From Eukaryota sp. TZLM1-RC (lineage: Eukaryota > Protista > Metamonada: BaSk clade), in contig JAUPSS010000003.1 of NCBI GenBank assembly GCA_040285825.1, forward strand, positions 930,001 through 994,000: DNA of 64,000 nucleotides. Reading direction: 5' to 3'. Numbering within the stretch: position 1 is the first letter of the stretch; each line of letters starts with the position of its first letter. The position numbers and the translations under genes are program-made. The notes under the pieces were generated by a model. It saw only the letters and a list, made by a program, of their open reading frames with translations. It did not search any database and was not told the DNA's origin. This document shows positions 43,480 to 55,656 of this stretch, in pieces.

Positions 43480-44050
43480 TTAAACATAATACAATGCTGA
43501 ATTTGCTGACAGATACATTGTCATATCTAAATTTAATCGCAATAAGATTGTAGATGATCATTTTAAAAATATATGCAACTCGACTGTTTTAGATCAAGAT
43601 CTTTATTGATTGTTAATAGAAAAAGGTGTATGTCAGATGTAGATCCAATAGTTCTAATCTAAATTTACTAAGTGTTGTACTTCAATAAAAACTATTTGGT
43701 TGAAAAAATAGTTGCAAGAAAACCAATTTCATTGATTCAGATTCCCCAAATTTATGGTTTGTTTTTAAATGACGATCAACGGACTACTGCTATGAGGATG
43801 TGCTGTTATCTATGGCCCTGCAAACTGCCCAATGATCTGCTCAGCAAATAGGGAGCTGATTTGACATTATCACATTTATTCAATAGCAACAAATTTATTT
43901 CTTATCGTTCCACTTTGCATGATGCTGTCAGAGATCAAATCCATGCAAAGTACAATTCATATCATATTGAATCATTTGTAGAACCGTTGTTGAGGTCTCT
44001 TGATATAAAAGAAAACGTAAGAGATTCAAAATATGGAAAACGAATAAATT
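43480..44050 (+). mobile_element. Scrambled non-LTR relic fragments
   Basis: Remnants such as LSHLFNS..YRSTLHDAVRDQ..FVEPLL. Confidence 0.6.
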
Positions 44051-44125
44051 AATAACCTATTGAAAAAAATCATTGATTCCAAACCTTGACTTATAATCAG
44101 ATCATTGAATTGAAATAATGCTGAC

Positions 44126-45125
44126 ATTCAATGGCAATATTCCAGAAAAGAATCTTTTAAATTTAAAATACACTCTTCGAACATTACAGAAACGATTGAC
44201 TGGAATGTATGAAAAAGATCTTTATAATAATATATGCAGCTCGGCTGTTTAAAATCAAGATCTTCACTCATTGTTGTTGGAAAAGGGTGTTTGTGAAAAT
44301 AAGTCATCAGATTCTTCACTTTTTGTAACCATTGTACCACGGAAATTTGGATTGTGTGCCACTATGAAGCGTTTGTAACAAAAATGAGATTATATTCGAA
44401 TATTCCCATTGATCAATTATTATCAAAAAAATGTATTTGTTCGAATTCACCTTAGCTCACTTTGCGACATGCTGTGAATTGTTCGAAATTGATAACTTAT
44501 CGTTCTTCATTACACAATGCTATTAGAGACACTGTTTTTAATATGGCACAAACTGCAAGAATTTCGTGTATCAAAGAACCTCTGCTGAAGGAAACACTAT
44601 CATTGAATAATTTTGGTTCTGATGATAGAGGTGATGTATACTGTGATTGGATTGATAACTCTGAAGCTATTGTTGACTTTGTCTCATGTAATGTTGCAAA
44701 TGATACTTTGGTTCACAGAAGAAAATTTAATCCTGTAAGTGCTTTTGATTTTAAAGAAAAAGATAAACATAGAAAATATGATAAAGATATCGAAGAAGCT
44801 AATGCTGGTAGAAATACACAGCTAGTTTTTATTGCTTTCCCATTTTCGATAAACGGAAGACTATCAGTAGAAGCAGAAACTTTTTTGAATGACTTCCAAA
44901 AAATGGTGCAAGAAAAGACAATGAAAAGATTTGATATTTTTTTATGGCGTTCACGAATTCAATTTGCCATTATTAATAGATTACCTCGGTTTTTCAATCG
45001 AATAAGAGAAGCTTTAGCTAGACAGCAAGCAGATCAAGATTTTGTAGAGGAAATCTTGGTTTGTTGATATTCGTCCCATTAGTTATGAATTAATTTAATC
45101 AAGTGTGCATGTTCAATAAATAATA
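44126..45125 (+). mobile_element. 5'-truncated non-LTR family A copy
   Basis: Highly similar to 26880-27880; ORF 44462-45067 encodes the REL endonuclease. Confidence 0.88.
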
Positions 45126-45222
45126 TAGAATAAAAAAATGACTTCTTTAATGACCTCTTCGCAATAATGATACCAGTTCACTATATTAGCAACCATCACT
45201 TCAATCATATTGCAGAGGCGTC

Positions 45223-46842
45223 ATGAATGAAACGTGTCTCAAGTACGCTTTTCAGAACCTTTCTATCGTTGATACTTTTCGATTACGATTAGTTTCGAAA
45301 AGGTTTAATGCTATTCTTTTGCAAAGACGTATAGTTGACCTTTCAAGTCCAATAGCCTCATATTTCCTACTTCCTAAGCTCTCCTTATTGTACAATACAT
45401 TCTCTTCCATAAAAATACTTAAACTTTGCTTTCACTCAAACGTTGATCAACCAACCCTTACAACTATTCTTGATTTAATAACCAAAATCAAACCCTCAAC
45501 TCTATCTCTTATTAACTACCCCTATCACAAATCATGTCCAGACTCCCCCTTACCTACGATTATGACTATGGTTCCAACCATTGAATTCGAGTGTGCTTCA
45601 TTTTTGCCTCTCTTCTCCGTTGATAATCTTGCAAATGTCTACTCTTTAACTCTAATTCTTCACCAAGAAAGCCCGTCTCATTTAAAGCCGGGAAAGCAAG
45701 CAAAATTATTAAGTTCTTTACACAAACTTGAATTTCTGGAAACCGATTGTATCTCTCTCTTTAATAGTATATCATTAAAAAGAATTTATTCTTTAAAAAT
45801 ACTTTCAACGGCTCTTCACTGTGAAACTCTCCATGATTCTCTTTCAAGTTTATTCAATTTTATCTCTTCTAGTAAACTTTGTGAATTAACAATAAGTTCC
45901 TCTGTTTTTTCTTACATCGAACACGAGGAAAAGGCAACTCTTTTTTCCATGCTTCCCGGCTCGTTAAGGAAACTTGCAAATGTTGACCTCGAAAGTCCAG
46001 TTGCCATAAACTTTCTGGAAAACACAAGGCAGCTGTCAAGTCTTTCAGTAATGGGTCATCAAAGTTTAATAAGAGAGTTTTATCTTTCTGGCACAAGGTT
46101 GAATTTGAGGAACCTTCAGAACCTCTCTATTCAATATTTAGACACAACTGAAACGGTGAAGTTATGTAGGTGGAGTAAGTCGCTCAATGAACTTTGGATT
46201 GACTTTGGTGTTGAAAGATCCAAGTTTTTATTCAAGCTCCAAGGTAAAATGTCTAGGAATATTCGAATGCTTGTCTTATCAGGTTTTCTCTCAAGTCCTA
46301 CTGTTTCTTGTATTATCTCACCGTTGAAACATCTTGAAACTTTGGTGCTGGATAGCAGGGATTCAGAGGTACTTGGAACGGAGTTCTTTGTTGCTATCTG
46401 TAATTCAACTCCCAAATTGAGAAAAATTCAAGTTTATCAAATGACACCTGCCAAAAGATGCGAAAAATATCTCAAAAAGCAGGCCATTCTCCTTCCCTTC
46501 ACAACCGTTGTTCTTTCTGACTGTGGCACTACCAGATGGATCAACGTTCTTTCTGTCAGTGCTCCAAAGGTTCGTTCACTATTAATTGATGCAGTGAGCT
46601 ATGATAGTATTTGCTTTGATACAATAGCACATTTTGCTTCTTTAAAATTGCTGGTTCTGCAGGTTTTGCATCATCCCAAGTCCATAGATAGATTAGCTCA
46701 AGTTTGGCGGGAGATGAAACCCTTTCCGGTTCTTCTGGTATGTCCACGCAATGTTACGTTGACAGGTGGTAAGGAAGTTTTAGAAGATTTTGCAGTAAAA
46801 GGACCTTTTTGGAAACATTTAGTTGGATTAGAATTAATTTAG
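45223..46842 (+). CDS. F-box/LRR-like protein
   Basis: N-terminal CLKYAFQNLSIVDTFRLRLVSKRFN F-box-like motif followed by degenerate LRRs. Confidence 0.7.
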   Translation: MNETCLKYAFQNLSIVDTFRLRLVSKRFNAILLQRRIVDLSSPIASYFLLPKLSLLYNTFSSIKILKLCFHSNVDQPTLTTILDLITKIKPSTLSLINYPYHKSCPDSPLPTIMTMVPTIEFECASFLPLFSVDNLANVYSLTLILHQESPSHLKPGKQAKLLSSLHKLEFLETDCISLFNSISLKRIYSLKILSTALHCETLHDSLSSLFNFISSSKLCELTISSSVFSYIEHEEKATLFSMLPGSLRKLANVDLESPVAINFLENTRQLSSLSVMGHQSLIREFYLSGTRLNLRNLQNLSIQYLDTTETVKLCRWSKSLNELWIDFGVERSKFLFKLQGKMSRNIRMLVLSGFLSSPTVSCIISPLKHLETLVLDSRDSEVLGTEFFVAICNSTPKLRKIQVYQMTPAKRCEKYLKKQAILLPFTTVVLSDCGTTRWINVLSVSAPKVRSLLIDAVSYDSICFDTIAHFASLKLLVLQVLHHPKSIDRLAQVWREMKPFPVLLVCPRNVTLTGGKEVLEDFAVKGPFWKHLVGLELI

Positions 46843-47924
46843 TTGAATTTATTTTTAACGTATTTAAATTTATATTTTCTAATATAAAATTTCATTTTTG
46901 CTGTTTTAGTGGTTTCAGCATTACCAATGATTACCTTCTAAATGTTCTCCAAACTTGATACATTCACTAAAAATTAGGTATCGAAACCTGATTACAAGAA
47001 GCTACATTACTAAGTGAGGGGAAATGACTCTGTTTTGACAAATGCTATACAACTTGAAACCCTGCTGAACTAAATCGAAAACCATTTGAAAGTTCGGGTT
47101 AAGTATTGACTCAAATGACAGAGCAAATACTATGCTCTCATTTCTTAATGCGTCAAGTGTATCAAAGAATTACTATGGTATTTGTTAAAAATATTTTTTG
47201 CTAAAAAATGTTTCAACCAATCTGCAAAATCATTCAATAAAAAAAGTATATTTACCAGCCATTCTTTCATTACCCTCGATTCTTGGTCATTTTCTTTGAA
47301 TTCGTCTGCATCACTACCTAATTCAAGTCTACAACAAACAGATTGTTATTAGATTTGATATAGATTTTTCACCAAATTAATCAACCTAATCTTCGCATCC
47401 TGAAGTGAAGGAAAAATCGCCTCCATTACTTGACTTTGAGTCAAGAAACATTGCCACCACGATAGAAACAACCAAATCAACCAGACCAAATAATCGAATA
47501 GAAAGTGGTTTTCCGTAGCGAAAGTAGTATTGACCGAATACAAGGTTAGCAACGAAGAGAAAGACAAATCCGTAGATTCTGAGTGAAGAGTAGAACCAGA
47601 GATCCAAAGACAAACCAGTAAGAATACTGTACTGTAACTGATAATGTAGTAGAGGTAACCACATTTAACAGAGAGGTCAACCAAATTGTTGACATAAAGT
47701 TGACATAATATAATTGTGATTATTAGAATCAAAAAATAAATCAGAATTCAAGGCAGCAACTAATGCACCATCAATTGTTATAAGTCAACAAAATTATCAT
47801 TATTGTAAAATTGATGATAATTTTATCACTTTATATCATCATTCCTCTGGAACTGACTTGCTAAGTTTATTTAAAAAATTTGAACTTTATAATCCTCATA
47901 TAATATGTGTTTTCAATATTGTCC

Positions 47925-48962
47925 AAAATTGATGTAAAAAAATGAAGTCGGTGCTTTCCCCAATCATTCGATCGTTATATCCCTGAAAAGAATCTTTTAA
48001 ATTTAAAATACACTCTTCCAACATTACGGAAATGATTGACTAAAATGTATGAAAATGATCTTTATAACAATATATGCAGCTCGGCTGTTTAAAATCAAGA
48101 TCTTCACTCATTGTTGTTGGAAAAGGGTGTTTGTGAAAATAAGTCATCAGATTCTTCACTTTTTGTAACCATTGTACCACGAAAATTTGGATTGTGTGCC
48201 ACTATGAAGCGTTTGTAACAAAAATGAGATTATATTTGAACATCCCCATTGATCAATTATTATCAAAAAAAATGTATTTGTTCGAATTCACCTTAGCTCA
48301 CTTTGCGACATGCTGTGAATTGTTGGAAATTGATAACTTATCGTTCTTCATTACACAATGCTGTTAGAGACATTGTTTTTAATATGGCACAAACTGCAAG
48401 AATTTCGTGTATCAAAGAACCTCTGCTGAAGGAAACACTATCATTGAATAATTTTGGTTCTGATGATAGAGGTGATGTATACTGTGATTGGACTGATAAC
48501 TCTGAAGCTGTTGTTGACTTTGTCTCATGTAATGTTGCAAATGACACTTTGGTTCACAGAAGAAGACTTAATCCTGTAGGTGCTCTTGAATTTAAAGCTA
48601 AAGAAAAACACAGGAAATATGACAAAGATATCGAAGAAGCTAATGCTGGTAGAAATAGACCACTAGTTTTATTGCTTTCCCATTTTTGCTAAAACGTAAG
48701 ACTATCAGTAGAAGCAGAAACTTTTTTGAATGACTTCCAAAAAATGGTTCAAGAAAAAACAATGAAAAAATATGATATTTTTAAACAGCGCTCTCAGATT
48801 CAATTTGCCATTATTAATAGATTACCTCAGTTTTTCAATCGAATTAGAGAAGCTTTAGCTAGACAGCAAGCAGATCAAGATTTTGTAGAGGAAATCTTGG
48901 TTCAATGATTTTCGTCCCATTAGTTATGAATTAATTTTATTAAGTGTGCATGTTTAATAAAT
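47925..48962 (+). mobile_element. 5'-truncated non-LTR family A copy
   Basis: Highly similar to 44126-45125; frameshifted ORFs 48303-48692 and 48726-48908. Confidence 0.88.
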
Positions 48963-49182
48963 ATAGAGTAATAAATGAACATCATATATATATTGTAATA
49001 GAATTATAGTGAAACAACAGAAAATTGAAAACACGCCATGCGTGCGCGGCATTTGGAAGGTTGATGATGGCGCAACACTGGAAACAGGTATGAAGGAGAA
49101 AATGTTCCACTTCTCAACTGAGTCCCTCTACATTGGTGTAAAAAGGACACTTATTTCATTGTTGTAGACATCATCTGTTACA

Positions 49183-51660
49183 ATGAGATGTATACTGTTG
49201 CTCCTCTGCTTTATAGTTCAGTTGCTTGCTTTTCGTGAGTATCCAATACCTTCAAATGTTGGAGGCTTATATTGGCACATAACTGCTGACTGTGCAACCA
49301 CATCCCTCTCTTGTCCTTTACAAGATGAAAAGGTGTTATTCAAATTGTGGATCTCAGATACTTTTTCCCCTCTTATTGATACAAGCACTCCTACTGAAAT
49401 GTCGTATTTCATTACCTCTGAACTTCGTCATTTGGGAGAATTCCCATCCTTATCCCTCTCCTATCAATCCTTCATCAATGTTCCTTTACACACCCCCGTC
49501 CAATGGAATGCTTCTGAGGGGGTGTTTACGTTCACTTTACAGGTCCCGGAATCCCCTGAACGACTCATCATCTCTGTCCAATCCTTTGGTGTTTCAATTT
49601 TCAACCGTTTTGTTCAAAATCAATCCTTTTATTTTACATTTAGTCCCATGGAGGTCACAGGATCGATTCCCAGTGATGGTGTTGTAGACTCAAAGTTGAT
49701 TATGGATCCCAGAACTTCCATAGTATGCTTATTCAACCAACCTACCAATCAATTGGTACTTTCCTCTTCTGGATTCAATCAATCAGAGGTGATTGATTTA
49801 AATATTGAGATTCCCAATCATTATGAACTTAAAGATGTTGTTTTTAAAGATTCAAAAACGGTGTTATTTACAACTAATTATGGATTTTTAGAGTTTGATC
49901 TCTATTCGTCACTTTACACTGACAAGTTCAATGACGAAAATTTATCAAGATTTTCCAAAATTTTCAGGTCTTCTAGTCACAATGAGGATTTTATTGTTGC
50001 TTTTGCCGAAAATTCCCTTGAATTTATGGTTTATGATCCTTTTTTGATTGATACTGTTCCTGTTGGTGATCTTTTTGATGACGTCATTGATTTATCTGAT
50101 TACGTTATCTCAGATTTAGTTATTGTTCAATCAAAAAGATTGATTACTTTCCTGTTTCAGTCAAGTAATGATTGTTTCGTTGTTTTATATCACTATGCTT
50201 ACCAATCATTTTCAAAATCAAATTTCAAGAACCAACCAATCAATTCAAATTTGAAGTTTGTTCATACTAACCTCATCACTCCCGATGTGCTCCTCATCAA
50301 TGGAAATAGTCTCAGTTATTCTCCCAATGGAGGATTGACTTTTCTTGACTTTGATTTTGATGACGTCATTGCCAACACAGCACTTTCCCAAACTGGTAGA
50401 ATTCTGATCATACTAGAGAATGGTGATGTTTTTGTTGGAGGTTTAGGTTTTTCTGATTTTTTCATTGTTTTTGACCTTTCTATTTTGAATCCCTTGGCTA
50501 GTCATGTTTTCAGTCTTTATAGAGGTGAGTTTGTGGTTGTCGATCATAATGACGTTTCCAATCCAATTTTGATTGATTCTGATGATGTTATCTCTAATCA
50601 AATCATGTCACCATGTCCATTTATTGATCTAGTTTCTGATTTACAACCAATTTACCACCTTGATATAGGAGAGAGCTTCAATATTTCGGGCTCTTTGATT
50701 GGAATTTTGGACATTTCCAACATGATTACTTCAGAATCTCTTTTTTTGACTGCTTCCTTGAGTGATAGTCAATTGATTGCTGTTGAATTTTATCGATCAT
50801 TTCGATACTTAGGTCCCACTCTATTTGAATCATCTTTATCAATAACTATCGATGAAGGTCAGGTTGCCAGTTATCAATCTTTTTCTGATAGAGTCAAATA
50901 TGGTCAAGGTGTTTCCACAATCAAATTCCAAACTTCTATAGATTCGTTTGCTTGTAATGCTTTTGTCTTTACATCAGTCTATGTCGGCTGTCCACCCAAT
51001 AGAAACCTGGGTGTGCAAGAAGTCTTTGAAAGTCAAATGAATTACGACCTGGCACGTCAGCAATGTCCAGAATATGACGTTGATGGTTCTTCTAGATTCT
51101 TTGTTGTCAATGGTGAGGAATTTGAGTATGATTTAAAAAATTGGGGATGTCCCATAGAAGTTTATCACGGAACTTCAGGATTTCTTCCAGAATTGGTTCT
51201 TTTTGATGAGCTGGAGGAGGTCAAAGATGTAGAAGTTGATTACGTCATTTCTGAACTTTTCAACAGAACTGATTGGACTTATTCGTCTACATTCTCTGAA
51301 GTTGGTTGTAGTGGAGACTTAGTTTTAGATGACTCCAACACTCCATCTTCTTATACCAACTGTTTCAAATCAAACACCTCACTGTCAAACCCCAATGATT
51401 TATATTATGTTCTTAATTCAACTGGGCTCTCCCAAATCAGGTTTCCTAAAGATGGTAATGATGGATTCTTTTTGTTTAAGGTAAAGGTTATTGCGCCCCA
51501 CTATTCTTATTGTGAATTGGAAACTATTTTTGTAATCAAAGTTTTTGGAAGTCCTCTGCCCACTGTTTGGTCGGTCTTGGTCATTGGAATTTGCTTTTTT
51601 GTTATGATTCTGGTTTTTTTCAGCAGTTACTCAATTTACAAGAAGCAGAAGGTTGCTTGA
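49183..51660 (+). CDS. CatSper channel auxiliary subunit epsilon/delta-like type I membrane protein
   Basis: Signal peptide, large ectodomain and C-terminal TM. Motifs VGCPPNRNL, YDLKNWGCP, VKDVEVDYVISE..R.DW.Y..T..GC, NCF, GFFLFKVKVIAPHYSYCEL..FG resemble the CATSPERE/D C-terminus as recalled. Confidence 0.7.
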   Translation: MRCILLLLCFIVQLLAFREYPIPSNVGGLYWHITADCATTSLSCPLQDEKVLFKLWISDTFSPLIDTSTPTEMSYFITSELRHLGEFPSLSLSYQSFINVPLHTPVQWNASEGVFTFTLQVPESPERLIISVQSFGVSIFNRFVQNQSFYFTFSPMEVTGSIPSDGVVDSKLIMDPRTSIVCLFNQPTNQLVLSSSGFNQSEVIDLNIEIPNHYELKDVVFKDSKTVLFTTNYGFLEFDLYSSLYTDKFNDENLSRFSKIFRSSSHNEDFIVAFAENSLEFMVYDPFLIDTVPVGDLFDDVIDLSDYVISDLVIVQSKRLITFLFQSSNDCFVVLYHYAYQSFSKSNFKNQPINSNLKFVHTNLITPDVLLINGNSLSYSPNGGLTFLDFDFDDVIANTALSQTGRILIILENGDVFVGGLGFSDFFIVFDLSILNPLASHVFSLYRGEFVVVDHNDVSNPILIDSDDVISNQIMSPCPFIDLVSDLQPIYHLDIGESFNISGSLIGILDISNMITSESLFLTASLSDSQLIAVEFYRSFRYLGPTLFESSLSITIDEGQVASYQSFSDRVKYGQGVSTIKFQTSIDSFACNAFVFTSVYVGCPPNRNLGVQEVFESQMNYDLARQQCPEYDVDGSSRFFVVNGEEFEYDLKNWGCPIEVYHGTSGFLPELVLFDELEEVKDVEVDYVISELFNRTDWTYSSTFSEVGCSGDLVLDDSNTPSSYTNCFKSNTSLSNPNDLYYVLNSTGLSQIRFPKDGNDGFFLFKVKVIAPHYSYCELETIFVIKVFGSPLPTVWSVLVIGICFFVMILVFFSSYSIYKKQKVA

Positions 51661-52181
51661 TTTAATTTGAAGTTACTTTGTTATATCATTTTTTGCTATA
51701 AGTTATTAATTTAAGTTTTTGTTAAATTATATTGTGTATTTTTGTGATTATTAAGGAATTTTTCTAATATTTTTAGAACTTTCTTAATCTTTGTACTGAA
51801 ACATTCCTCTCCAGTAGCTACTGGAAACTCAAACAATGCATGTTTCTGACTATGCTAATAAACTATATCATTTCGTAAACTTTCTTTTTCACATTCACTG
51901 TTATTTAGTCTACAATCATCATTAATATGTATAAGTATTCATGTACATGTTCATGCACTGTTTGCATCCATTCCCAATAGACGTTAGGTTTCTTTTTTTG
52001 CGGCAGTTTATGGCAAGGGGCTGGTTTGTTATTATCTTTTTTCCATATGATATTCCGTCCAAAAGAACCTAATAATGTACTTCTTTACTTACTACTTTTT
52101 CAACATGATCAGTTTATTGAAACAGTATTTGAAAAAATCCAAGGAAAAAATAGGGGGAATTGAATTGTTTCTCCCAAGGTT

Positions 52182-53376
52182 CTAATCAGCTTTTGGTTTT
52201 TCTTCATCAGATTCATCTTGAGCTGTTTGAATTCTTCTTTTTTGGGCAGCTTTTTTGATCAAAAATCCTGTCAAAATAGCAAAAATAACAGTAACTACAA
52301 CAACTAAAGCAAAATGATAATGAACAAACTCATTCAGCTTAGTCATCAACCCAGATGTTGGTCCTCCTTCGGGCTTGACCTTTCCTTCAATCACTTCTTG
52401 ACTCCATTCCAAAACATCAACATCAGCAGAAGCTTTCCATATCTTGCGTTTAATGACATCGATAGCAAATGCCTTATTATCATCAATATTTACACCAATT
52501 CGGTCCAAATAACCTTGGAATTTGACCGCATCCATCCAAGCAAACTGAAGCTTAGCATCAGGGTTGATGGTTTCCAGCTGATTCTTCAAAACTTTACGAT
52601 CTTCGACATTACCAGGTTCCATTGGTACAATAACCAGAACCTTTCCTTCAGCCAAATTTCTAAAATTAGACTGTGAAATTTGAGGGAGTGCAGGGAAAAG
52701 GTTATTTTTGATGAAGTTTTCAACATTGTCTGGAACAAGGTCTTTTGTCACTAGTGGAGTATCCCCTCTCAAAACACAGACTCCAGGCACGGATTCAGAG
52801 CATAGTTCAGAGAATTGATCATCATTGACATAGAAAAAATCGACAAATTCCAAAAGATCCTTGGCAAGTGATTCAAAATCTGCTTTCAGATTGTCTGGAA
52901 GCGATTCTGGCAATAAAAATGTAGAAACATCCTCTGAAATAGTAAACTTTTCTGGTAGTGCTTGGATGGGGGCAGAGGTCATTTTGTCAATAAAAGTAAG
53001 GAACCCTTCAACGGTTCTGGGGCCAGCAAACTCCTTGCGGTAATCGGTGGAGGGATCGACGAAAAAAATGGTTGGAAATCCTCTGATGCCAAAATCCTTA
53101 GCGGCCTGTTTGTGTTCAGTGGCGTCGATCTTTGCGATAACGACGTTCTTCTCTAAACGTGCAACCTCATCAGCAAGTTCAGTCCAAAGTGGTTCGAGTC
53201 TTTTACAATGTCCACACTGATGTTATTTCTTATAAAACCATACTACATACCCATGGTGCGTACAATTCTATGAGAGCAGGTTGATTTCCGAGTTGATCAC
53301 GCCAGTCATCACCAAAATCCGAAACAGTAGCGAGGACAGTTGAAAGGACAAAAAAGAACAAGAACGTAAGTTTCAT
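52182..53376 (-). CDS. Transmembrane protein disulfide isomerase (TMX3-like), 2 exons: 53376-53251 and 53216-52182
   Basis: A 34-nt intron at 53217-53250 (GTATGT...AATAAC.ATCAG) restores YAPW|CGHCK. Signal peptide, GFPTI, C-terminal TM and KPKAD tail. Confidence 0.88.
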
Positions 53377-53739
53377 AATGACAGCAAAGAAAATAAGTAC
53401 TTAATAAACATGACTTGGTGTCACAGAATTGTGCATATAATTGTAAATTATTATCTTTTATCAAACCTTCTATACCCAACACTCTTTTCGCCCATAGACA
53501 GCTATAAGGTGGCTACTGCTAATTGGTGGCTATCTAAAGGATTTTATGTGGATCATGGTTCTCCTCAACAACAAACGTGGTTCTAAAAAATATTTCGTCA
53601 ATTAGGATTGTTGAGATGTAAAACTTAACACCAACAGTAACTGTAATTTATTATGTATTTTTATTTTTATTTATGACTGTAATTTATGGAAATTCCCAAT
53701 AAGTACACGATCTATTTTCGTGTGGAATAATTACAAAAA

Positions 53740-55656
53740 CTATTTACTACACAGATACTGAGGCATTTCATTACCACTCATTCTCGCTTCAGCAATTGCA
53801 ATCATATTCAGACAAGCCAGTTTATTTCTATCGAAAAGCTTTGTTGAACCTTTGTTGCTGAATTTGCAACTCTCACTATTACAAGCTAATAAACCGTGAC
53901 ATGTAGTAACAGGAGTGTTTTCTCTCTTATAGCATCTGGGATTTGTTACTCTCAAAAACGTAGCAACCTTTTCAAAACAAACAGGACATTTTGCTGAAGT
54001 GAAAGCTTCATTAATCATCAATACTTCAAATCTATTTCTTTTCAGAAATTGAATCCATCCAATTCCTCTAGTAGGTCTCTGATGTTTTAAATTCTTGGAA
54101 CCTTGTTTACCATAATCACCCATTTGTATTAAAATGTCTTTTGGATTGCCAAACTGCTGAACAAGGTTTTTTAACAACCAACTTTCAGTTTTTTGCTTGT
54201 GAATAAAAGCTTGCATTTTATGAATGCTCGACAAGTCAAGACTGTAAAAGTCAATTGTCAAAAAAACTTGCCGAAGTTTGGCAACCACAAAGTTGGAAAA
54301 ATCTATAAAAGATGCTGAATTGGCAGCAAACGCGGATAATTCAGTGCATTTTCGTTAGACTCTATCATTTGGTTCCTGTCGTAATCTACCTCAGTATACT
54401 TCATCGCCCATCGTTTTTGCTTTTCATTCATCCTACTTTTCCAAGACCAGGACATCTGAGTCATTCTCAACCATTTGTACTTCTTGTCTTGATTCATCAC
54501 CCGACTATTTCTTTGCTGTTCAGTCTCATGTTCAGGCACCATGGCTAGTTCTTCATCAGTCTTTTTCCTCCCAATATACAATAAATCACGTTTTCCAGGA
54601 TCACAAACAACAATTCGTTTGTCTTGAAAAGCATCAACATCAACATCATGAATATATAAATTTGAAATACTAGCCTTGTTGTCTGGCTTACATTTCTGAC
54701 CTTGTAAATCCCGACGAACAAATTCTACTGCAATATTAAATCCATCTATGTGTATAATGTTGAATTTATAAATCTTTTGTTTGAACATTGGTTGATTTAA
54801 ATCGATAACATTAGACCAAAAGTCAAATTGTTCAGGTGGTTTGAATCTATAAACTTGACCTTGAGTATTGAGTATTGACCGATTTCAATCTCTGTCTAGG
54901 CAACAAATCATCCATCAATGTTTGTTTGATAATTGGTTATATTGTTCTTGTGTCAATTGGAAAATATCCTGGATTCATTGGTTGATAGAGGGGTAGTGTG
55001 ATAAGGTTTCCTCTCTCTACTGGCGATATATTGAGCAATCGCAATTGCTGGTTTGAAGAATATCTGAGGATCTTTCTCAACAGCACCTGCAAGAAAATGT
55101 ACATCAACAGGAAATATATTGTCAACCAAATTTTTATCCGTGACTAAACTTTCAATTTGACAATTAAATGGTGTTATAAGACCATAGAAGATTTCGTCAC
55201 GTTCTTTGTTTCTAATATCATGATGTTTACATAAATCTAAAACTCATCATCAAGAAGGTCTGAAATATTTTCAGGTGCACGTCTTGAAGGACTCAAGTAA
55301 TCTCTATCATCAACTAAAAATATGTTTTTGAATTGACGAAGCCTAAATCTATATAGTGAAATTATAGTAGACAATGGCGTTTTGTACCCACCTAGTTTGT
55401 GCATTTCTGCTAACACATTTTCCACGTCTACTTTGTCAAAATAAACATTAATAAATCGATTAATATGTTTTTCATAATTTAAGTTGAAATTATTCTCAAA
55501 TTTGACAAAAAATACTGGGGCCATGTACTTGGGAGGTCTACTGAATTTATCAGTTGGAAATCGTGGAAAATAATCAGGCCTATATCTCAAATGGTCTACA
55601 TAACTTAGAGTTTTGTTCATAAATTCTTGAATTGAAAAACCAGTGTTCAGTAGCAA
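53740..55656 (-). pseudogene. Fanzor1 nuclease, frameshifted (locus C)
   Basis: Fragments LPL..PGYFPIDT, IHIDG, RuvC-I VVCDPGKRDLL, IQMGDY, RuvC-II INEAFTSAKCPVC, HGLLAC..C and DRNKLACLNM (third acidic residue appears as N). Confidence 0.85.

Noticed and set aside
47349-47732. Two overlapping small hydrophobic ORFs
   Set aside because: Could be a small membrane-protein gene, but neither frame can be supported from sequence alone.
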